Virus record (IMG/VR): IMGVR_UViG_3300016474_001145
Coordinates: 51,808-71,807 of that record
Length of the DNA stretch: 20,000 nt
Source of the DNA: an uncultured virus (IMG/VR IMGVR_UViG_3300016474_001145)
Lineage: Duplodnaviria; Heunggongvirae; Uroviricota; Caudoviricetes
Reading direction: 5' to 3' (one strand)
Shown: positions 10,229 through 16,824 of the stretch, one piece after another
How positions within the stretch are numbered: the first letter of the stretch is position 1
Layout: each line of letters begins with the position of its first letter
Made by a program: the position numbers and the translations under genes
The notes under the pieces: generated by a model
The model's database searches: none
Told to the model about the DNA's origin: nothing
What the model saw: only the letters and a program-made list of their open reading frames with translations

Positions 10229-10457
10229 TAAATTATGGGGATTTAAAATAGATGAGGGCGAGTTTGCCGGCACTACTATTAGTATTAATGATGTTCAATT
10301 ACCAGATAATAGTAGTGACTTAGTTATGGATTTTAATTATGTAACTTTGCCTGAAGGAAAAACTGAAAAAGATATGGAGTGTGAAGCATTTAATCTAGTT
10401 GTCAGTACTATTTTAAACGATATTATTCTGAAAAACCTAACAGAGACAAAGACTTAA
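10200..10457 (+). CDS. Small protein in the gene-40 position (paralogue 2)
   Basis: GAGGA RBS before ATG 10200; stop directly abuts the helicase ATG. Confidence 0.65.
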   Translation: MLYSPWHKSDKLWGFKIDEGEFAGTTISINDVQLPDNSSDLVMDFNYVTLPEGKTEKDMECEAFNLVVSTILNDIILKNLTETKT

Positions 10458-11858
10458 ATGAGTTCAAAGATTGAAACTGTAATTCTACAGAATCTAATCC
10501 ACAATGATGATTTTATGCGAAAAGCGATCCCGTTTATAAAGCGGGATTACTTTTCTGACACTAATGAACAAAAGATCTATGACCAGATAAAAAAGTTTAT
10601 TGATGATTTCAATGCTGTGCCTAATACAGATGCACTTATAGTTGCATTTCAAAATGATAAATCTTTAACTGACGATCAGTATAAAGAAATCATACAATAT
10701 GTAAATGAACTTACACCTACAGAACATAATAGAGACTGGTTACTAACTGAGACTGAAAAATTTTGTAAGGATAAAGCTTTATATAATGCGATACTTAATT
10801 CTATTTCCATTATTGATGGTCGTGATAAAAGCCTGTCAACCGACGGAATCCCACAGTTACTCCAAGACGCTCTCGCCGTATGTTTCGACAACAATGTAGG
10901 GCATGATTATATTGATAATGCTCAGTCAAGATATGATTTTTATCATAAGGTAGAATCAAGAATACCGTTTGATCTAGACTACTTCAATAAAATCACAAAT
11001 GGTGGCCTACCAAATAAGACATTAAATGTAGTACTTGCTGGTACTGGTGTTGGTAAATCCTTATTCATGTGCCATGTTGCAGCATCTATTTTAGCTCAAG
11101 GTAAAAATGTCTTATATATTACTTTAGAGATGGCAGAGGAAAGAATTGCTGAACGTATTGATGCCAATCTAATGAATATAACAATGGATCAACTAAAGGA
11201 TTTACCTCGAGCACTTTTTGAAAATAGAATAGAAAAGATAAGAGACAAGACAACCGGCAAACTAATCATTAAGGAATATCCTACAACCAGTGCGCATGTA
11301 GGACATTTTAAAGCATTACTAAATGAGTTACAGCTAAAGCGTCAGTTTAAACCTGATATGATTATTGTAGACTATCTTAATATTTGCGCATCATCTAGAT
11401 TCAAAGCTGGCGCTAATATCAATTCCTATACTTTAATTAAGTCTATTGCTGAAGAATTACGAGGATTAGCAGTCGAGGAAAATTTGCCTATATTATCTGC
11501 GACTCAAACTACAAGAGGTGGATATGGAAATACTGATGTTGAACTTACTGATACTTCAGAATCATTTGGTCTTCCTGCTACAGTTGATCTCATGTTTGCC
11601 CTCATTGCAACTGAGGAACTTGATCAATTGAATCAGATCATGGTCAAGCAATTGAAAAACAGATATAATGATCCAACAATAAATAAAAGGTTCGTCGTCG
11701 GGATTGATCGAGCAAGAATGAAATTATATGATCTTGAGCAAAATGCTCAGAAAAATTTATCAGATTCAGGCGTATCATTAGACGAATCAAAACTAGAAAC
11801 ATATGATATCAATTCTTTCTTCAAGAAGTCTCGTGATTATTCAGGGATAAAACTATAG
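10458..11858 (+). CDS. 41: Replicative DnaB-like helicase (T4 gp41-like)
   Basis: LAGTGVGKS Walker A, YITLEMAEE, IVDYL, SATQTTR, SESFGLPAT and KNRY motifs. Confidence 0.96.
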   Translation: MSSKIETVILQNLIHNDDFMRKAIPFIKRDYFSDTNEQKIYDQIKKFIDDFNAVPNTDALIVAFQNDKSLTDDQYKEIIQYVNELTPTEHNRDWLLTETEKFCKDKALYNAILNSISIIDGRDKSLSTDGIPQLLQDALAVCFDNNVGHDYIDNAQSRYDFYHKVESRIPFDLDYFNKITNGGLPNKTLNVVLAGTGVGKSLFMCHVAASILAQGKNVLYITLEMAEERIAERIDANLMNITMDQLKDLPRALFENRIEKIRDKTTGKLIIKEYPTTSAHVGHFKALLNELQLKRQFKPDMIIVDYLNICASSRFKAGANINSYTLIKSIAEELRGLAVEENLPILSATQTTRGGYGNTDVELTDTSESFGLPATVDLMFALIATEELDQLNQIMVKQLKNRYNDPTINKRFVVGIDRARMKLYDLEQNAQKNLSDSGVSLDESKLETYDINSFFKKSRDYSGIKL

Positions 11859-11866
11859 GAGGCGTT

Positions 11867-12019
11867 ATGCTTTTTCCTCACCCAAATCAAAATCCAATTC
11901 AAGAACAAACCGATCAAGATAAGATGCTTCTAAAAGAAGTACTTAATGATCAACCAAAAAAGATCAAGCAAATAGAAGAAGAATTATTTAATCACGAACC
12001 GCCTGCGTTCACCGACTAA
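11867..12019 (+). CDS. Small hypothetical protein, 50 aa (not in ORF track): MLFPHPNQNPIQEQ...
   Basis: GGAGG RBS at 11858-11862; stop abuts the next ATG. Confidence 0.7.
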   Translation: MLFPHPNQNPIQEQTDQDKMLLKEVLNDQPKKIKQIEEELFNHEPPAFTD

Positions 12020-12463
12020 ATGATAGTATCAGTTAGAAATGCTAGAGATAGATATCTAACATCTTTACTAAAGACAGCAGCAAATTTTTATGCTGGTATG
12101 CTGATGTCTCCCCAATTGATAAAACATTTAAGTATCAGAATCATAATATATGACAGCCTAGGCAAACATGCACAAGCATATTGCTGTCCAGAAGAGTTAT
12201 CCGGGAGACTCAGAAGTTTCGAGATTGAAATTAAAAAGATGCGAACAAATAAGATGTTACGTTTGCTCGCACATGAGATGGTGCATGTAAAACAGTTTGC
12301 TAAGAATGAACTAAAGGCAAAATACTTCAGGGATGGTTACAAGACAGTTTGGCATGGCGAAGTCTGCAATATTGATTCTTACTGGGATCAACCTTGGGAG
12401 ATAGAAGCTTTTACCCTAGAGGAGGAATTACTTTGTTATTTCAAAGAGGAGTATCAATATTGA
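12020..12463 (+). CDS. Zincin-type metallopeptidase-like protein
   Basis: HEXXH motif LAHEMVHVKQF plus downstream PWEIEA. Confidence 0.75.
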   Translation: MIVSVRNARDRYLTSLLKTAANFYAGMLMSPQLIKHLSIRIIIYDSLGKHAQAYCCPEELSGRLRSFEIEIKKMRTNKMLRLLAHEMVHVKQFAKNELKAKYFRDGYKTVWHGEVCNIDSYWDQPWEIEAFTLEEELLCYFKEEYQY

Positions 12464-12478
12464 GCAGAAAGGATAGGC

Positions 12479-12640
12479 ATGAACTCAATCACATTCACGT
12501 TAATGGATCTACTACAGATTGGTCTGATGCTAGCAGCATGTTATGCTTGTTACTTGAGGGGCGTAAATAAGGGCATAGGTGACACACTAGATTTTTTCGA
12601 AGAACAAGGACTAATAGAAAAAGAAGAGATCAACGAATAA
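12479..12640 (+). CDS. Small membrane protein, 53 aa (not in ORF track): MNSITFTLMDLLQIGLMLAACYACY...
   Basis: AAGGA RBS, N-terminal hydrophobic helix, acidic tail, TAA at 12638-12640. Confidence 0.65.
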   Translation: MNSITFTLMDLLQIGLMLAACYACYLRGVNKGIGDTLDFFEEQGLIEKEEINE

Positions 12641-12690
12641 TCAATGACTTACAAGTGTTGTTCTAGAACAACAGATTAGAACCCGAGCAT

Positions 12691-12719
12691 TTGACTCGGG
12701 TTACTTTTTCTTATATAAT
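12691..12719 (+). promoter_or_regulatory. Sigma70 promoter overlapped by an inverted repeat
   Basis: TTGACT-17-TATAAT; AACCCGAG/CTCGGGTT inverted repeat flanking the -35. Confidence 0.8.
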
Positions 12720-12725
12720 TATGAT

Positions 12726-13106
12726 ATGAACTTAGAAATCGGACAATTTATAGAGCTCAAGACACGCCGCTACTCTCATCTGTATAAGAGTGAAGGCTGG
12801 GTTGAGAATACTCTAAAAGGGCAAATCGTCCCCAATCCGAAATGGTTGGATGACGACTATATTAGTGTTTTGACTGACAATCCGATGCATCCCATTTCGA
12901 TGGTGTTCAAGCAAAATATTGTTGGTTTAGACATGGCAAAGGGACGTTCTGCTAGCAGACTTTTCAGAGTTAAGTCTAAGAAAACTGGTAAACAGTATCA
13001 AGTGATCTCCAGAAACGGATCAGTCTCTTGTGAATGTATCGGATACCAGTATCGTAAAGCATGCAAGCATTCATCTGCAGTTAAGAAATTTATCCAAAAT
13101 GCTTGA
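12726..13106 (+). CDS. SWIM zinc-finger domain protein
   Basis: C-terminal CECIGYQYRKACKH (CxC...CxH); no RBS, ATG at the predicted +1. Confidence 0.75.
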   Translation: MNLEIGQFIELKTRRYSHLYKSEGWVENTLKGQIVPNPKWLDDDYISVLTDNPMHPISMVFKQNIVGLDMAKGRSASRLFRVKSKKTGKQYQVISRNGSVSCECIGYQYRKACKHSSAVKKFIQNA

Positions 13107-13131
13107 CAAGGTGTTCAGTCGGTTATATAAT
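13103..13131 (+). promoter_or_regulatory. Consensus sigma70 promoter
   Basis: TTGACA-17-TATAAT, perfect match. Confidence 0.85.
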
Positions 13132-13180
13132 TTCGGTATAGTAGTTAATTAAGATCAATTTTATGAGAGGTAATTATATC

Positions 13181-13582
13181 ATGTCAGATTCATATTTTAC
13201 AGTTGCAGGTGTTTCTACTCAGCATGGTTCCACTAAGGTTCGTTTCGCTAATGATCTAGCATCTCGTGTTAAGTTGCTAGCCAAAGGTGGTCACGATCCT
13301 TTAGAGCTTGTTCAACTTCCTAAAGCAATGACGAAGGCAGAAGCATGCCAATATTTGCTCGATCTAGGCGGAGTGTTCAAGCAATGGGATTCGCTGATTA
13401 CTGAGACAATGGGTAAGAAATCCGGTGCATCCGCACCCAAAGCGCCGAAAGTTGCTAAGGCGCCGGCCTCGGTTAAGGCTCCTGCTAAGACCAAAGCTGT
13501 TAAGCAACCCAAGATCACAGTAGCCCCTAAGGCTGAAGATGAGGATCTTGAAATTGAAGAGCTGAAGCAAATCGCAGCTTAA
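13181..13582 (+). CDS. Hypothetical protein with Ala/Pro/Lys-rich tail
   Basis: GAGAGG RBS favours ATG 13181; APKAPKVAKAPASVKAPAK tail, then acidic end. Confidence 0.75.
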   Translation: MSDSYFTVAGVSTQHGSTKVRFANDLASRVKLLAKGGHDPLELVQLPKAMTKAEACQYLLDLGGVFKQWDSLITETMGKKSGASAPKAPKVAKAPASVKAPAKTKAVKQPKITVAPKAEDEDLEIEELKQIAA

Positions 13583-13596
13583 ACGTCGGGAGACGA

Positions 13597-13604
13597 TATA
13601 AATA
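13597..13604 (+). promoter_or_regulatory. T4-type late promoter
   Basis: Intergenic TATAAATA. Confidence 0.6.
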
Positions 13605-13675
13605 ATGGGGGAGTGAGCGAGACATGAGAGCTTGCCTATTCTTAAACAACAGTTTGTGCCCCGACGGAGAATAAT

Positions 13676-13861
13676 ATGGGAAGACCTAAAAAAGTAAAAG
13701 AAGTTAAAGCTGAAGTTGTTGCTGTAGAACAAGTTAAGGATGGTACGTTCAAAGGTGAGTATAGTACATCTTTATACAACAATGGAGAGCTAATTAGTTT
13801 TGATATTGATTGGGATATGTTGAAAAAACATGTGCAGAGTGCGACCGTAGGGTATAAATAA
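13676..13861 (+). CDS. Small protein with N-terminal GRPKK (AT-hook-like) motif
   Basis: GGAG RBS; MGRPKKVKEVK. Confidence 0.7.
   Translation: MGRPKKVKEVKAEVVAVEQVKDGTFKGEYSTSLYNNGELISFDIDWDMLKKHVQSATVGYK
13853..13860 (+). promoter_or_regulatory. T4-type late promoter upstream of leader peptide
   Basis: TATAAATA ending 21 nt before the leader ATG. Confidence 0.65.
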
Positions 13862-13881
13862 TAAAAAGAACAGGAGAAGTT

Positions 13882-13983
13882 ATGTTTTGTATGTTACATT
13901 CCTTTAGAATTATTACGGTATCAGGCTATGATAAGCCAGAGTGCCGTGCCACACAAAATCCATGGAGTGTGCTAGAGGGCTAG
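13882..13983 (+). CDS. Putative attenuator leader peptide, 33 aa, containing all 20 amino acids: MFCMLHSFRIITVSGYDKPECRATQNPWSVLEG
   Basis: AGGAG RBS (13872-13876) 5 nt before ATG; TAG at 13981; overlaps alternative RNA helices and precedes an intrinsic terminator. Confidence 0.75.
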   Translation: MFCMLHSFRIITVSGYDKPECRATQNPWSVLEG

Positions 13984-14011
13984 GTAACATACAAAACACA
14001 GTTTTTACCTG

Positions 14012-14046
14012 AAACCCTCGTAGCAGAAATGTTCCGAGGGTTTTTT
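14012..14046 (+). terminator. Intrinsic terminator of the putative attenuator
   Basis: AAACCCUCG/CGAGGGUUU stem extended by AGCA/UGUU, GAAA tetraloop, U-tract 14041-14046. Confidence 0.85.
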
Positions 14047-14071
14047 ATTTTAGAATTGAATATCCTTACAG

Positions 14072-14100
14072 TTGACTCGGGTATCATTAGATGTTAATAT
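14072..14100 (+). promoter_or_regulatory. Sigma70-type promoter for tRNA array
   Basis: TTGACT-17-TAATAT with extended -10 TG; shares TTGACTCGGG with the 12691 promoter. Confidence 0.6.
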
Positions 14101-14114
14101 AAGGGTATGGTGAA

Positions 14115-14160
14115 GAACGATACGTCGTTCGAAGATGTAAAAAAGTTCATTAATAATTTA
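14115..14160 (+). promoter_or_regulatory. rrn-like boxB/boxA antitermination signal
   Basis: Hairpin GAACGA-UACG-UCGUUC (14115-14130), then GTTCATTAATAATTTA (14145-14160) resembling rrn boxA GCTCTTTAACAATTTA. Confidence 0.55.
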
Positions 14161-14170
14161 GCGTACCTAT

Positions 14171-14245
14171 ACCAGGTTAGCTCAGAGGTAGAGCAGTGGA
14201 TCGATAATCCATTGGTCAGTGGTTCAATCCCACTACCTGGTACCA
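14171..14245 (+). tRNA. tRNA-Ile(GAT)
   Basis: Cloverleaf: ACCAGGT/ACCTGGT acceptor, loop TC-GAT-AA, encoded CCA. Confidence 0.9.
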
Positions 14246-14346
14246 TATTGAAGCACACTTGAAGACCCGTCAAGGACCAACGCTACGATGCATAGACATA
14301 TAAGCCGGGGCGAAAAAGTTTGGTATTAGTGTGCTTCAATATGGTA
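14241..14346 (+). ncRNA. Conserved-stem cassette A
   Basis: Perfect 19-bp inverted repeat taccatattgaagcacact/agtgtgcttcaatatggta enclosing 68 nt. Confidence 0.65.
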
Positions 14347-14350
14347 ATAA

Positions 14351-14430
14351 GGGGGATGGGACTGCTTGGGGTGGTCACCGCACTTGCAATGCGGGTATTC
14401 AGATCGGTTCGAATCCGTTATCCTCCACCA
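14351..14430 (+). tRNA. tRNA-Ala(TGC)
   Basis: G3:U70 pair; CCGCA-CTTGCAA-TGCGG arm; CCA end. Confidence 0.9.
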
Positions 14431-14438
14431 AAGAATAA

Positions 14439-14513
14439 GGTCTCAAAGTGTTCATGGACGCACGTTGGCTTGTCACGCCAAAAGAAGGGGATCGTTACCC
14501 CTTGGGACCGCCA
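14439..14513 (+). tRNA. tRNA-Asp(GTC)
   Basis: TTGGC-TTGTCAC-GCCAA arm; G73; atypical T-loop ATCGTTA; CCA end. Confidence 0.88.
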
Positions 14514-14519
14514 GTATTT

Positions 14520-14593
14520 GCGGGTATAACTTAGTGGTAAAGTAACTGGCTTTTAACCAGTAAATCGGAGTTCGATTCTCCGTGCCCGTACCA
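14520..14593 (+). tRNA. tRNA-Lys(TTT)
   Basis: ACTGG-CTTTTAA-CCAGT arm; TTCGATT T-loop; CCA end. Confidence 0.92.
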
Positions 14594-14597
14594 GTAT

Positions 14598-14647
14598 NNN
14601 NNNNNNNNNNNNNNNNNNNNNNNNNNNNNNNNNNNNNNNNNNNNNNN
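14598..14647. other. Assembly gap (50 N)
   Basis: Run of N within the tRNA array; true length unknown. Confidence 0.99.
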
Positions 14648-14657
14648 CAAGTTTTAT

Positions 14658-14730
14658 GCGGGTGTTCTCCTGGGAGAGGACTCAGCCTTCCAAGCTGATG
14701 GAGAGGGTTCGAATCCCTTCGCCCGCTCCA
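14658..14730 (+). tRNA. tRNA-Gly(TCC)
   Basis: GCGGG acceptor, TCAGC-CTTCCAA-GCTGA arm, U73, CCA. Confidence 0.9.
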
Positions 14731-14736
14731 ATTTAT

Positions 14737-14821
14737 CTAGGGTTCGCATAGCGGCGATTGCAGCGGCCTCCAAATCCGCCGGTTAAAACCCACGGGGGTT
14801 CGAGTCCCTCACCCTAGGCCA
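14737..14821 (+). tRNA. tRNA-Trp(CCA) with long variable region
   Basis: CTAGGGT/ACCCTAG acceptor, loop CT-CCA-AA, G73, extra arm CGGTTAAAACCCAC. Confidence 0.85.
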
Positions 14822-14828
14822 GTATTAT

Positions 14829-14906
14829 TGGGGGTTAGCTTAGTTAGGTCTAAAGCACTAGTCTTTGAAATTAGGATCACTGGTTCGAATCCAGTACCCC
14901 TTGCCA
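14829..14906 (+). tRNA. tRNA-Gln(TTG)
   Basis: CTAGT-CTTTGAA-ATTAG arm; weak 1-72 pair; GCCA end. Confidence 0.9.
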
Positions 14907-14912
14907 GTCAAT

Positions 14913-14987
14913 GGTGGTTGTAGCACAATGGAGTGCCCCGGTTTGTGAGACCGTTAAGTGTGAGTTCGAATCTCATCAACCACCCCA
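14913..14987 (+). tRNA. tRNA-His(GTG)
   Basis: G-1:C73 8-bp acceptor; loop TT-GTG-AG; CCA end. Confidence 0.9.
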
Positions 14988-14992
14988 GTAAT

Positions 14993-15069
14993 GCCGGTTT
15001 AGCTCAGTTGGCTAGAGCAGTGCTCTTGTAAAGCAAAGGTCGTCAGTTCGAATCCGACAACCGGCACCA
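14993..15069 (+). tRNA. tRNA-Thr(TGT)
   Basis: GCCGGTT/AACCGGC acceptor; loop CT-TGT-AA; CCA end. Confidence 0.92.
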
Positions 15070-15074
15070 AATAT

Positions 15075-15149
15075 CTGACCGTCGTTCAAGGGAAAGGACA
15101 TGGTTCTTCTAAATCCAGAATGGGGGTTCGAATCCCTCCGGTCAGGCCA
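15075..15149 (+). tRNA. tRNA-Arg(TCT)
   Basis: CTGACCG/CGGTCAG acceptor; loop CT-TCT-AA; GCCA end. Confidence 0.88.
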
Positions 15150-15155
15150 TTTTTA

Positions 15156-15244
15156 GGAAGGTTGGCAGAGTGGTAATGCACCGGATTGCTAATCCGCCGT
15201 TCACGAAAGTGGGCGCACAGGTTCGAATCCTGTACCTTCCGCCA
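15156..15244 (+). tRNA. tRNA-Ser(GCT)
   Basis: Loop TT-GCT-AA, long variable arm, G73, CCA. Confidence 0.92.
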
Positions 15245-15245
15245 A

Positions 15246-15321
15246 GGTGATGTAGCATAGCGGCTAATGCGGTACTTTCATAGGGTATCTATCGTAGGTT
15301 CGAGTCCTACCATCACTACCA
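15246..15321 (+). tRNA. tRNA-CAT (elongator Met or lysidine-Ile2)
   Basis: Loop TT-CAT-AG; lacks initiator features (no C1:A72 mismatch, no three G-C anticodon-stem pairs). Confidence 0.85.
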
Positions 15322-15326
15322 AATAC

Positions 15327-15418
15327 GGAGGGTTAACTAGTCTGGGACTAGCACTGTCTTGAAAACAGATGGATCGGTGATGAGCCGGTTGGAGTTCGAT
15401 TCTGCCATCCCTCCTCCA
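15327..15418 (+). tRNA. tRNA-Ser(TGA)
   Basis: Loop CT-TGA-AA, long variable arm, CCA; bulged T-stem. Confidence 0.82.
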
Positions 15419-15426
15419 ATAAGTGC

Positions 15427-15455
15427 TTGACATTAAATACTAATGTCTATATAAT
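15427..15455 (+). promoter_or_regulatory. Consensus sigma70 promoter inside tRNA array
   Basis: TTGACA-17-TATAAT; GACATTA/TAATGTC inverted repeat overlaps the -35 and spacer. Confidence 0.85.
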
Positions 15456-15478
15456 AAAGAAAATGTAGTAAAGAATAT

Positions 15479-15554
15479 TCCCCGGAATTCGAGCATGGTG
15501 CACGGACCTGACTGTTAATCAGAGATTAGCTGAGATCGTTACTCAGACGGGGAG
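15479..15554 (+). tRNA. tRNA-Asn(GTT), CCA not encoded
   Basis: TCCCCG/CGGGGA acceptor, loop CT-GTT-AA, T-loop ATCGTTA; ends G-CACA. Confidence 0.8.
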
Positions 15555-15583
15555 CACAAGAGTTTAGTCAAGACTCGAACTCT

Positions 15584-15591
15584 TATAAATA
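15584..15591 (+). promoter_or_regulatory. T4-type late promoter of homing endonuclease
   Basis: TATAAATA preceded by hairpin AAGAGTT...AACTCTT; AGGAG RBS follows. Confidence 0.7.
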
Positions 15592-15616
15592 CTTAGTATA
15601 CGGTTAGGAGATAACT

Positions 15617-16249
15617 ATGTACTATACAATTTATAAGATTACAAATCAAATTAATGGCAAATTTTATATAGGATCACATAAGACCAAAGATTTGAATGAC
15701 GATTATATGGGTTCGGGAAAATATCTTAGAGTAGCCCAAGAAAAATATGGTATTGAAAATTTTAAAAAAGAAATTCTTTTTATTTACGACAATCCCGATG
15801 ATATGTTTAATAAAGAAAAAGAAATCGTTTCCGAAGATTTTTTAGCTACAGAAAATACCTACAATTTAAAACAGGGTGGATTTGGCGGGTTTGACCTAGT
15901 TAATAAAACTGGGAAGAATTTATATGGAAATAACGGTAAAATAGGTTTTGGTGGCGAAAATCTTATTAAAGGTAGATATAGAAAAATTTCTCAAGAAGAA
16001 AAATCCAAAATTTCTAATACTATGAAAGAAGGATATAAAACAGGTAAATTTTTCCCCCCTTTCAAAGGAAAAACCCATACAGATGATACTAAAAAATTAA
16101 TTGGAAGTAAAAGTTCTATACATCAAGCAGGAAGCAAAAATTCTCAATTTGGAACGATGTGGATTACCAATGGATTAGATAATTTAAAAATACAAAAAAC
16201 TGCTGAGATACCTGAAGGTTGGGTTAAAGGCAGAAAGTTAAAAAAGTGA
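15617..16249 (+). mobile_element. Free-standing GIY-YIG homing endonuclease (Seg-like) with NUMOD3-like motif
   Basis: TIYKITNQINGKFYIGS, YMGSG and YNL motifs; FKGKTHTDDTKKLI; located in a tRNA cluster like T4 segB. Confidence 0.88.
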
Positions 16250-16323
16250 GGGTGGCAGAGTGGTCAAATGCAAGTGCCTGCAAAGCATTACAATCATCGG
16301 TTCAAATCCGATCCCTCACTCCA
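16246..16323 (+). tRNA. tRNA-Cys(GCA)
   Basis: GTGAGGG/CCCTCAC acceptor, loop CT-GCA-AA, U73, CCA. Confidence 0.9.
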
Positions 16324-16329
16324 GTTTAT

Positions 16330-16418
16330 GGGACCTGCCCCTATCAGCGTACTGTAAATCCGTCGTCAGAAAACAGATAGGAAGTAGACAAGTGGAGCGT
16401 TACCACCAGGGCCCACCA
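16330..16418 (+). ncRNA. Rearranged tRNA-Tyr(GTA)-like RNA lacking a canonical D-arm
   Basis: GGGACCT/AGGGCCC-ACCA acceptor, GCGTA-CTGTAAA-TCCGT arm, T-like arm GTGG-AGCGTTA-CCAC. Confidence 0.6.
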
Positions 16419-16422
16419 GATC

Positions 16423-16726
16423 CCCGGACCTATGCCGGTTATCAGTAGGCGCGACAAGACCAGCGTTAGGGGTCTTAGGTTTCTTTTTTCCTCCCTCCGG
16501 GCCATTCATCCGGCAGGGTAAAACAAAAGATAGGACCGTGTCATCCGATAAACAAGACACTGGACAGGGCAATACCTCAATCGGGGCTCTTGGGAAAGAG
16601 TAGCCGATATCATAACACGTGGCCATCAGCGTGTATAAAGGCGGCGAGTCTTAAACGAAGTCGGTGACGGGATAGGTAGAACAGTTACTCCGAAAGTGTA
16701 ACGCCGGATTTTGTAACCGGCAACCA
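16423..16726 (+). ncRNA. Block of unidentified structured RNA(s)
   Basis: GC-richer than coding DNA, many hairpins, units ending in CCA at 16504 and 16726; no credible ORF. Confidence 0.5.
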
Positions 16727-16824
16727 TATTGAAGCACATTCCTGCCGTATTGGTCTACGGTTCGAAAAGCGATAGGACCTAGAGTAACCGCCTAGGGAGT
16801 TTGATGAGTGTGTTTCAATATGGT
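16723..16824 (+). ncRNA. Conserved-stem cassette B
   Basis: accatattgaagcacattc/gagtgtgtttcaatatggt, 19 bp with 2 G-U pairs, enclosing 64 nt. Confidence 0.65.

Noticed and set aside
6358..11858. Stop-codon reassignment or inteins in core genes
   Set aside because: Core genes are full length and of normal size in the standard code; TAA, TAG and TGA all act as stops; no suppressor tRNA seen.
14598..14647. Apparent absence of tRNA-Leu and tRNA-Glu
   Set aside because: They may lie in the assembly gap or beyond the window, so absence is not interpretable.
15555..16250. Group I intron around the GIY-YIG gene
   Set aside because: Flanking tRNAs are uninterrupted and there is no room for an intron core.
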